From: the human T2T-CHM13v2.0 reference genome, Homo sapiens
Reading direction: 5' to 3' (one strand)
NCBI RefSeq assembly: GCF_009914755.1
Contig: NC_060925.1
Length of the DNA: 64,000 bases
Part shown: piece by piece, positions 1 to 18,522 of the stretch
Layout: every line of letters begins with the position of its first letter
How positions within the stretch are numbered: position 1 is the stretch's first letter
Translations under genes and position numbers: made by a program
Notes under the pieces: generated by a model
Databases searched by the model: none
Told to the model about the DNA's origin: nothing
The model's input: only the letters and a program-made list of their open reading frames with translations

Positions 1-76
1 ATGATAGAGAATCCTAAAGGCAACCAGAGGAATAAAAGACATTAATGGCTGAGGAACAAAGATAAAAAAGAAAACA

Positions 77-465
<389 letters not shown>

Positions 466-1240
466 TTATAATCAGTGAAAATAGCTTTCAAAAATTAAGG
501 CTAAATATTTTTTCACACTAAAAGAATGTTACAGCTTTTCTTTTACAGCAGATTTGCACTATAATAAATGTTAAAAGAAGTCCTTCAGGCAGAAGGAAAG
601 TAATACCAGATGGAAATACAGATCTGTAAAAAAGAATTAAGAACAATGGAAATTGTAACTACATAGGTAAATATATATATATTATTATTTAAGTCACTTT
701 TAACAATAATTAGCTGCTTAGACACAAATGATACATTGTGATATTTAGTTTATTACAGTTTTAAACATCTGTAAAAGTAAAATAGATGACTAAAATAGCA
801 TAAAGTTCAGAAGGGAAGTAATACACTATCATAAATTTCTTCTATTATATATGAAGTGAAGGTAGACTCTGATAAGTTAAAGAAGTATATTATTTACCTT
901 AAAACAAATACTAAAATAAAAAATAGATGTAGCTAATAATCCAAAAAATTAGATAAAATGAAATAATAAAATCTATTCAAATATTCCAAAAGGTGGCAAA
1001 TATAGGGGGAAAAGGTGGGAGAAGGGGGATGCATAGGGAACAAATAGAGAACAAATAATATAATAGACCCAAACCTAACCATCTTAATAATCACATTAAA
1101 TATAAGTGGTCAAAGTGCCCTAACTAGAAGGCAGAGATTATGACATTGGATAAAAAGTAAGACCCAACTGTATGCTGACCACAAGGAATATACTTCAAAT
1201 ATGAGGACACAAATAGCTTAAGAGTAAAATGATGGAAAAA

Positions 1241-1316
1241 GATTACCACACTCACACTAATCAAAAGAAGGTCAGAGGGACTTGACCTTCTTTTGATTAG
1301 TGTGAGTGTGGTAATC
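1241..1316. repeat. Perfect 34-bp inverted repeat with 8-nt loop at an L1 5' junction
   Basis: gattaccacactcacactaatcaaaagaaggtca (1241-1274) is the exact reverse complement of 1283-1316. Confidence 0.97.
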
Positions 1317-1320
1317 ATCT

Positions 1321-4300
1321 ATCATCATGGCAGATGGGAAGTAGGACTAGATTGCAGCTCTGACTCAGATGGACAGAGCAGCATGTGGAGGTTCACATTG
1401 TGAATTTTAGCTCCTGAACAACTGCAAGAACAAACCAGGAATCCCAAGAGGACCCAAAGACCCTCTGAAGGAAGTGGATTGCTCCTGAATGACCTGGGAG
1501 ACACCCCAAATACTGTGAGTGCCCAAACTGCAAAAGTGGGAAAGGGAGATCCTTCACTCTCAAGTGTACATCCCCACTAGGGAAACTGAAGGTGTAGTTT
1601 GTGGGAGAAGTTTCTGACCTTATCTGGAGCTGAGTCAACTTAGAATGCTGAGAAAAATACAGTGGCAGAGGAAGCAGTGGGAAAGGCCCTGGGAACTCTC
1701 GCAGGGTCCCCAAGCAGGCCATTCCTTCCTGGCACCACAAGGATCCTTCAGGAGGGTGGCCAGAGGCATGGGGAAAATGATACAGGGAGGAAGAAGTCTC
1801 CAGCTGAACTTTGTAACAATTTGAATGGGGCAAGAAGCCTCCTGGCCAGAACTCAGGGAGGGCATGAATCCAACATGCAGACTCCATAGGTGGGGGAAGA
1901 ACCAAAGCCCTTTTCTTTTGCAGCTGAGAGGTAGGTAGCCTGGGGCAAGTTCTCAAGCCCTACTTGCCCACTGCCTAGAAACATACTTGATGCTGTTGGG
2001 GGTGGGGGGGCACAGTGGGAGTGGGACCAGCCCTTTGGACTACGTGAGAGCTGGGTGATGGCTGTGATTGCCAGCTTTCCCCCACTTCCCTAACAACCTG
2101 CATGACTCAGCAGAGGCAGTCACAGTCCTCCTAGGTACACAACTCCATTGGCCTGGGAACCTCACCCCCACCCCCCACAGCAGCCACAGCAAGTCCCACC
2201 CAAGGAGAGTCTGAGCTCAGACGCACCTATCCCTGCCCTCACCTGATAGCCCTTCCCTACTCACCCTGGTAGCTGAAGACAAAAGGCAATGCTCTTGGGA
2301 GTTCTAGGGCCCTGCCCACCACCAGTTCTTCTCCATACGATTATAGCTGATGCTCTCTGGAAAGTGCCACCTTTTGGCATGAGGCCAACCAGCACAAAAA
2401 CAGAACATTAAACCACCAAAGCTAAGAATGCTCACAGAGTCCATTTCACCTCCCTGCCACCTCCACTGGAACAGGTGCTGATATCCATGGCTGAGAGATC
2501 CATAGATGGTTCACATCACAGGATTTTGTGCAGAAAACCCCCAGTACAAGCTCAGAGCCTGGTAGACTTGGTGGGTGGCTAGAGAGATAACAGAAGAGAG
2601 GTAACAATCACTGCAGCTTGGCTCTCAAGAAGCCACATCCATAGGAAAAGGGGGAGAGTACTATATCAAGGGAACACCCCAAGGGACAAAAGAATCTGAA
2701 CAGTCTTCAGCCATAGACCTTCCCTTGGACAGAGACTATCCAAATGAGAAGGAACTAGAAAACAAACTCTGGTGATATGACAAAACAAGGCTCTTTAACA
2801 TTCCCCCTCCTCAATCACACTAGCTCACCAGCAATGGATCCAAATCAAAAGAAATCTCTGATTTACCTGAAAAAGAATTGAGGAGGTTATTAAGCTAATC
2901 AGGGAGATACCAGAGAAAAGCAAAGCCCAATGCAAGGAAATCCAAAAAACAATACAAGAAGTGAAGGGAGAAATATTCAAGGAAATAGATAGCATAAAGA
3001 AAAAACAATCAAAACTTCAGGAAACATTGAACACACTTATAGAAATGCAAAATGCCCTTGTAAGTCTCAGTAATAGAATTGAACAAGTAGAAGAAAGAAA
3101 TTCAGAGCTCAAAGAAAAGGTCTTCAAATTAACCCAATCCAATAAAGTCAAAGAAAAAAGAATAAGAAAATATGAACAAAGCCTCCAAGTCTGGGATTGT
3201 GTTAAACCACCAAACCTAAGAATAATCAGTGTTCCTGAGGAAGAAGTGATATCTAAAAGCTTGGAAAATGTATTTGGGGGAATAATTGAGGAAAACTTCC
3301 CCAGCCTTGCTAGAGACCTAGACACCCAAATACAAGAAACATGAAGATCACCTGGGAAATTCATCACAAAAGATCATCACCTAGGCACATAGTCATCAGG
3401 TTATCTAAAGTTAATTGAAGGAAAGAATCTTAAGAGCTGTGAGACAAAAGTACCAGGTAACCCATAAAGGAAAACCTATCAGATTAACAGCAGATTTCTC
3501 AGCAGAAACCCTACAAGCTAGAAGGGTTTGGGGCCCTATCTTCAGCCTACTCAAACAAAACAATTATCAGCCAAGAATTTTGTATCCAGCAAAACTAAGC
3601 ATCATACATGAAGGAAAGATCCAGTCTTTTTCAGACAAACAAATGCTGAGAGAATTCTTGTAGCTACCACTACAAAAATTGCTAAAAGGAGCTCTAAATC
3701 ATGAAACAAATCCTGGAAAGATATCAAAACAGAACATCTTTAAAGCATAAAGCACACAGGACCTATTAAACAAAAATACAATTTAAAAAGCAAAAACAAA
3801 AACCAAAAATATCAAGGTAAACAGGCAACAAACAGCATGATGATTGGAATGGATCCTCACATCTCAACACTAATATTTAACGTAAATGGCTTCAATGCTC
3901 CACTTAAAAGATACAGAACAGCAGAATGGATAAGAACTCACCAACCAACTATCTGCTGTCTTCAGGAAACTCACCTGACACATAAGGACTCACATAAATT
4001 TAATGGGGTGGAAAAAGGCATTTCATGCAAAAGGACACCAGAAGCAAGCAGTGGTGGCTATGCTTATATCAGACAAACAAACTTTAATGCAACAGCAATT
4101 TAAAAAGACAAAGAGGGACATTATATAGTGATAAAAGTCCTTGTCCAACAGGAAAATATCACAATCTTAAACATATATACACCTAACACTGGAGCTCTCA
4201 AATTTATAAAACAATTACTAGTAGACCTAAGAAATGAGACAGACAGCAACACAATAATAGTGGGGGATTTCAATACTCCACTGACAGCACTAGACAGGTC

Positions 4301-7300
4301 ATCAAGACAGAAAGTCAACAAAGAAACAATGGATTTAAACTACACTTGGAACGAATGGACTTAACAGATACCTACAGAACATTTCATCCAACAACCACAG
4401 AATACACATTCTATTCAACAGCACATGGAACTTTCTCCAAGACAGAACATAGGATAGGCCACAAAACAAGCCTCAATAAATTTAAGAAAATTGAAATTAT
4501 ATCAAGCATGCTCTCAGATGATAGTGGAATAAAACTGGAAATCAACTCCAAAAGGAACCCTCAAAACCATGCAAATACATGGAAATTAAATAACCTGCTC
4601 CTGAATGATCATTGGGCCAAAAACGAAATCAAGGTGGAAATTTAAAAATTCTTCAAACTAAATGACAATAATGAGAAAACCTATCAAAACCTCTGGGATA
4701 CAGCAAAGATGGTGCTAAGAGGAAAGTTCATAGCCATAAACACCTACATCAAAAAGGCTGAAAGAGCAAAAATTGGCATTCTACGGTCACAGCTCAAGGA
4801 ACTAGAGAAACAAGAATAAACCAAACCAAAACCCAGCAGAAGAATGGAAATAACAAAGATCAGAGCGGAACTAAATAAAACTGAAACAAAAAAATACAAA
4901 ATATAAATGAAACAAAAAGCTTGTTCTTTGAAGAGGTAAAAAAAAAATTGATACACCGTTAGTGAGATTAGCCAAGAAAAGAAGAGAGAAGATCCAAATA
5001 AGCTCAATTAGAAACAAAATGGGAGATATCACAACTGATACCACAGAATTACAAAAGATCATTCAAGGCTACCATGAACACCTTTACATGCATAAACTAG
5101 AAAACCTAGAGATGAATAAATTCCTGGAAATATACAACCCTCCTGGCTTAAATCAGGAAGAAATAGATACTCTGAACAGACCAATAGTAAGCAGTGGGAT
5201 TGAAATGGTCATTTAAAAATTACCAACAAATAAAAGTCCAGGTCCAGATAGATTCACAGCAGAATTCTACCAGACATTCAAATAATAATTGGTACCAATC
5301 TTTTGACACTATTCCACAAGGTAGAGAAAGAGGGAACCCTCCCTAATTCATTCTATGAAGCCAGCATCACCCTAATACCCAAACGAGGAGAGAACATAAC
5401 CAAAAAAGAAAACTGCAGACCAATATCCCTGATGAACATAGATGTTGAAATCCTTAACAAAATACTAGCTAACTGAATCCAACAGCATATCAAAAAGATA
5501 ATCCACCATGATCAAGTGGGTTTCATACCAGGGATGCAGGAATGCTTTCAAATATGTAAATCAATAAATGTGATATACAACATAAACAGAATTAAAAACA
5601 AAAAAACACACACAAGATTATATCAATAAATGTAGAAAAAGCATTCAAAAAAATCCAGCATCGTTTTATTATTAAAACTCTCAGCAAAATCAACATACAA
5701 TGGACATACCTCAATGAAATAAAAGCCATCTATGACAAACCACACAGCCAATATAATACTGAATGGGGAAAAGTTGAAGGCATTCCCTCTGAGAACTGGA
5801 ACGAGAAAAGGATACCCACTCTCACCACTCCTCCTCAACATAGTACTAGAAGCCCTAGTCAGAGCAATCAGAGAAGAGAAAGAAATAAAGGGCATCCAAG
5901 TTGGTAAAGAGGAAGTCAAACTGTCCCTCCCTGTTTGCTGATGATATGATCGTTTACCTTAAAAACCCTAAAGACTCCTCAAGAAAGCTCCTAGAACTGA
6001 TACGTGAATTCAGCAAAGTTTCCGGGTACAAGGTTAATGTACACAAATCAGTAGCTCTTCCATATGCCAACAGTGGCCAAGTAGAGAATCAAATCAAGAA
6101 CTCAACCCCTTTCACAACAGTTTCAAAAATAATAAAATACCTAGGAATATACCTAACCAAGGAGGTGAAAGACCTCTACAAGGAAAACTACAAAACACTG
6201 CTGAAGGAAATCATAGATGACAGAAACAAATGGAAATACATCCCATGCTCATGGATGGGTAGAATCAGTATTGTGAAAATGATCATACTGCCAAAAGCAA
6301 CGTGCAAATTCAACCCAATCCCCATCAAAATAACACTACCATTCTTTACAGAATTGGAAAAAACAATTCTAAAATTCATATGGAACCAAAAAAGAGCCCA
6401 CATAGCCAAAGCAAGACTAAGCAAAAAGAACAAATCTGAAGGCATAACACCACCTGATTTCAAACTATACTATAAGGCCATAGTCACCAAAACAGCATGA
6501 CCCTGGTATAAAAATAGGCACATAGACCAATGGAACAGAATAGAGAACCCAGAAATAAAGGCAAATACTTACAGCCAACTGGTCTTTGACAAAGCAAACA
6601 AAAACATAAAGTGGGGAAAGGACAGCCTTTTTAACAAATGGTGCTGGGATAATTGGCTAGCCACATGTAGGAGAATGAAATTGAATCCTCATCTCTCACC
6701 TTACACAAAAATCAATTCAAGATGGATCAAGGACTTAAATCTAAGACCTGAAACTATAAAAATTCTAGAATATAGCATTGGAAAAACCCTTCTAGGCATT
6801 GGCTTAGGCAAGGATTTCATGATTAAGAACCCAAAAGCAAATGCAATAAAAACAAAGATAAATAGCTGGGACTTAATTAAACTAAAGAGCTTTTGCACTG
6901 CAAAAGGAACAGCCAGCAGAGTAAACAGACAACGCACAGAGTGGGAGAAAATCTTCACAATCTATACATCTGACAAAGGACTAATATCCAGAATCTACAA
7001 GAAACTCAAATTAGTAACAAAAAACAAACAATCCCACTGAAAAGTGGGCTAAGGGCATGAATAGACAAGTCTCAAAAGAAGACATACAAATGGTCAACAA
7101 ACATGAAAAAATGCTCAACATCACTAATAATCAGGGAAGCGCAAATCAAAACCACAATGCGATACCACTTTACTCCTGCAAGAATGGCCAAAATAAAAAA
7201 ATCAAAAAATGGTAGATGTTGGCGTTAATGCAGTGATCAAGGAACACTTCTACACTGCTAGTGTGAATGTAAACTAGTGCAAACACCGTGGAAAAGAGTG

Positions 7301-7870
7301 TGGAGATTCCCTAAAGAGCTAAAAGTAGAACTACCATTTGATCCAGCAATCCCACTACTGGGTATCTGTTCAGAGGAAAATAAGTCATTATACAAAAAAG
7401 GTACTTGCACATGCATGCTTATAGCAGCACAATTAGCAATTGCAAAATCATGGAACCAACCCAAATGCCAAGCAATCAATGAGTGGATGAAGAAACTGTA
7501 GTATATATATATGATGGAATATTAACTCTGCCATAAAAAGAAATGAATTAACAGCATTCACAGTGACTTGAATGAGATTGGAGACTATTATTTTAAGTGA
7601 AGTAACTCAGGAATGGAAAACCAAACATTGTATGTTCTCACTGATATGTGGGAGCTAAGCTATGGGGATGCAAAAGCATAAGAATGATACAATGGACTTT
7701 GGAGACTTGGGGGAAATGGTAGGAGGAGGGTGAGGGATAAGACTACAAACAGGGTGCAGTGTGTACTGCTCGGGTGATGGATGCACCAAAATCTCACAAA
7801 CCACCACTAAATAACTTACTCATGTAATCAAACTCCACCTGTACCCCAGTAATCTATGGGAAAAAAAAAT
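1321..7870 (+). mobile_element. Full-length decayed L1PB (L1PB1-like 3' end): 5'UTR, ORF1 about 2834-3708, ORF2 about 3837-7560
   Basis: ORF-track fragments match L1 ORF1 (IIEENFPSLARD, GKPIRLTADFS) and ORF2 ([20 protein letters not shown]); L1PB-type 3'UTR; poly-A; TSD aagaaggt. Many stops and frameshifts. Confidence 0.93.
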
Positions 7871-8667
7871 ACAAGAAGGTTGGAGGGATTGTTTTAATAT
7901 CATAACAAGAATATTAACAGAGATAAAGAAGATCACTTTTTAAATTTAAATTTTAAGTTCAGGGGTATATATGCAAGTTTCTTATATAGGTAAACTTGTG
8001 TCATGGGGGTTTGTTGTACGTATTATTTCATCACCCAAGTATTAAGCCTAACACCCATTACTTATGTTTTCTGATCCTCTCCCTCCTCCCACACTCCACC
8101 CTCAGGCCCAGTGTCTGTTGTTCCACTCTATGTGTCCATGTGTTTGTTGTTCCATTCTATGTGTCTATGTATTCTCATCATTTAGCTTCCACTTAAAGTG
8201 AAAACATGTGGTATTTGGTTTTCTGTTCCTGCATTAGTATGCTTAGAATAATGGCCTTCAGCTCCATCCATGTTGCTGAAAGGGACGTGATCTTGTTCTT
8301 TCTGGCAGCGCAGTGTTCCATGGTGTATATGTACCATATATGTACCATATTTTCTTTATCCCATCTACCATTGATGGGTATTTAGGTTGGTTCCATGTCT
8401 TTGCCATTGTCAATAGTGCTGCAATGAACATACACGTGCATGTGTCTTTATAATAGAATAATTTATATTCCTTTGGGTATATAACCAGTAATGGGATTAC
8501 TGGGTAGAATGGAATTTCTGTTTTTAAATATTTGAGGAATCACCACACTGTCTTCAACAATGGTTGAATGAATTTACACTCCCACCAACAGGGTACACCA
8601 TTCCTTTTTCTCTGCAACCTCACAGGCATCTGTCATTTTTTGACTTTTTAATAATAGCCATTCTTAT

Positions 8668-8701
8668 AATCATATGAAGAAAAACTTTTCTTCATATGAT
8701 T
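8668..8701. repeat. Perfect 16-bp inverted repeat with 2-nt loop at the L1 inversion junction
   Basis: aatcatatgaagaaaa-ac-ttttcttcatatgatt. Confidence 0.97.
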
Positions 8702-9432
8702 GTTAGCTATTCCTATTAAACTACCATTGACATTCTTCACAGAACTAAAAAAAAAAAATATTTTAAAATGTATATGGAACCAAAAAAGAGCTCAAATATC
8801 CAAGGAAATCCTAAGCAAAAAGAACAAAGCTAGAGGCATCATGTTTCCTAACTTCAAACTATACTACAGTGCTACAGTAAACAAAACAGCATGGTACTGG
8901 TACAAAAATAGACCCATAGACCAGAGGAACAGAATAGAGAATCCAGAAATAAGGCCACACACCTACAACTATCTGATCTTCAACAAACCTGACAAAAACA
9001 AGAAATGGGAAAAAAAATTCCCTATTCAATAAACGGTGCTGGGATAACTGGCTAGCCTTATGTAGAAGACTGAAACTAGACCCCTTCCCTATACCATATA
9101 CAAAAATTAATTCAAGATGCATTAAGACTTAAATGTAAAACCCACAACTATAAATGCCCTCAAAGACAATCTAGGCAATACCTAGACATAACAATGGGCA
9201 AAGATTTCATGACAAAGACACCAAAGCAATCGCAACAAAAGGAAAAATGGGCATACAGGATCTAATTAAACTAAAGAGTTTCTGGACAGCATAGGAAACT
9301 AGCAACATAGTAAACAGACAACCTACAGAATGGGAGAAAAATGTTGTAAACTATACATCTGACAAAGGACTAATATCCACCATCTATAAGGAACTTAAAT
9401 TTACAAGAAAAAAAACATTAAAAAGTGGGAAA

Positions 9433-10523
9433 GGGTTGGAGGGAATGGCAGATAGGAGACAGGACTAACGGGCAGCTCCCACTCAGATGGACAGAGCAGC
9501 ATGTGAAGACTCACATTGTGAACTTTTACTCCAATAACTACCACAGGAACATACTAGGAAAACTGAGAAAATCCACAGACCCTTTGAAGGAGGTGAGCTG
9601 CTGCTGTAGGCTCCATGGGACAGCCAAGGAACTGTGAATCTGCTTGGTTTCTCAGCTGGGAGGCTTGTAGCCTGGGGCAAGTTCTCAGCCCTGCTCATTG
9701 GCTGCCTGGAAATAAACTTGGTACTGTTGCGGGGACATGGTGGGAGTGAGATGGGCCTTTCACATGGCAGGCTGCATGGGAACTAGGTGAAGCCTGTGGC
9801 TGCTGGCTTTTCCCCACTTCCCTGGTGACCTGTGTGACACAGCAGACACAACCATAGTTCCCCATAACATAACTCCATTGGCCTGGGTACCACATCCCCA
9901 TCTGCCATAGCAGCTGTAGCAAGCCCTGCCCAAGGAGAGTCTGAGCTCAGTCATTATACAAAAAAGATACCTGCACATGCATGTTTATAGCAGTACAATT
10001 CACAAATGCAAAAATATGCAACCAGCCCTAATGCCCATCAAGCAACAAGTGTGTGTGTGTGTATATATGTTTTTGTGTGTATATATATGTATGTATATAT
10101 ATGTGTGTGTGTGTATATATATATACACAAACATATTTGCAAACACACACACATATTTACATATAGACACACACACCATGGAATACTAGTCAGGCATAAA
10201 AAGAAACAAAACAATGGCATTTACAGCAACCTGGGTGAAATTGGAGACCATTATTCTAAGTGAAGTAACTCAGGAACGGAAAACCAAAGATCACCTGTTT
10301 CTCATTCATAAGTGGGAGCTAAGCTATGAGGATGCAAAGGCGTAAGAATGATACAGTGGACTTTGGGGGCTTGGGAAAGGGTGGGATGGGGGTGAGGGAT
10401 AAAAGACTACAAATTGGGTACAGTGTACACTGCTCAGGTTACAGGTGCACCCAAATCTCAGAAATCACCACTAAAGAACCTGTTCGTGTAAACAAACACC
10501 ACCTCTTTCCCAGAAACCTATTG
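9433..10523 (+). mobile_element. Internally deleted L1PB: 5'UTR joined directly to the 3' end, with a TG/TA microsatellite at about 10028-10157
   Basis: The 5'UTR resembles 1321-2220 and joins at 9950 to sequence matching 7385 onward; 12-bp TSD aaaagtgggaaa at 9421-9432 and 10524-10535. Confidence 0.9.
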
Positions 10524-10747
10524 AAAAGTGGGAAAACAACATGAAGAGACACTTTTAAAAGGAAGACATACATGCAGCCAACAATAAAAAGATCATTTAA
10601 ACATAATAAAAGGGTCAGTGCAACATAACAATTCTAAATGTTTATAAATCTTATAACAAATTCAAATACATAAAACAAAAACTGACCAAACTTCAAGGAG
10701 AAAGACAAGTCCATAATTGTAGCAATAGCTTCCAATACTTTCTCTCA

Positions 10748-11146
<399 letters not shown>

Positions 11147-11660
11147 TCAGAGTAAATATTCCCTTCAAGTACATGAGGAATATTTACCAAGATAGACTAT
11201 ACCTTGGCTCATAGAGCAAGTCTCAGTATACTTGAAATGAAAAAAAATCATATAAAGCATGTTCTCATGTTCTCTGACCACATTGCAATTAAATACAAAA
11301 TCAAGAACAGAAAGATACCTGGAAAATGTCCAAATATTTGGAAACAAAAATGAGTTTCTAAATAACCCATGGGACAAAGAAGATGTCTAAAGGGAAATTA
11401 GAAATTATTTTGTACTGAATGAAAATAACATAACAGATCAAAATATTTAAGATCCTACTAAAGAAGTAAATAGGGAAAATCAAATGCATATATTAGAAAA
11501 GCCTCACATCAATGAGCTGATCTCGCATCAATGACCTGAGATCTATCTTGCATCAATGACTTGAGATTCTATCTTAAGCTAGAAAAAGAACAAACTAAAT
11601 CCAAGGTAAGCATAAGATAAAAATAAATATTACAGTGGCTATTAACAAAATAAAAAACAG

Positions 11661-18165
<6,505 letters not shown>

Positions 18166-18420
18166 GGAAATATCAAAATCAAAAGCTGGCTCTTTGAGGA
18201 TATTAATAAAATTGATAAGCTTTCAGCAAGACTGATAAGGAAAAAAGAAAAACACTCAAAACACCAATATTAAAAATGGGAGAAAATACAGCACCACAGA
18301 TCCTTCAGATATTAAAAGGATAGTAAAAAGATATTACAAGCAACTTTATGCCAATAAATTCCATAACTTAGATGAAATAGACAAGCTCCTTATACACAAA
18401 CTACCAAAAACTCACTCAAG

Positions 18421-18517
18421 AGGAGAATCGTTTGAACCCAGGAGGCAGAGGCTGCAGTGAGTCGAGATTGCACCACTGCACTCCGGTCTGGGAGACAGAG
18501 TGAGGGAAAAAAAAAAA
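18421..18517 (+). mobile_element. 5'-truncated Alu right-arm fragment
   Basis: aggagaatcgtttgaacccaggaggcagagg... with an A tail; no TSD of its own. Confidence 0.92.
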
Positions 18518-18522
18518 GACTG

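Larger units (their letters stand above)
7937..10583 (-). mobile_element. 5'-inverted (twin-primed) L1PA13-16-like element: antisense 3' end 7937-8665, inverted ORF2 segment 8705-9432 plus 10524-10583
   Basis: Antisense L1PA 3'UTR followed by a sense ORF2 segment that ends just short of where the 3' part begins; TSD ataaa(g)aagatca at about 7923 and 10584. Confidence 0.88.
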
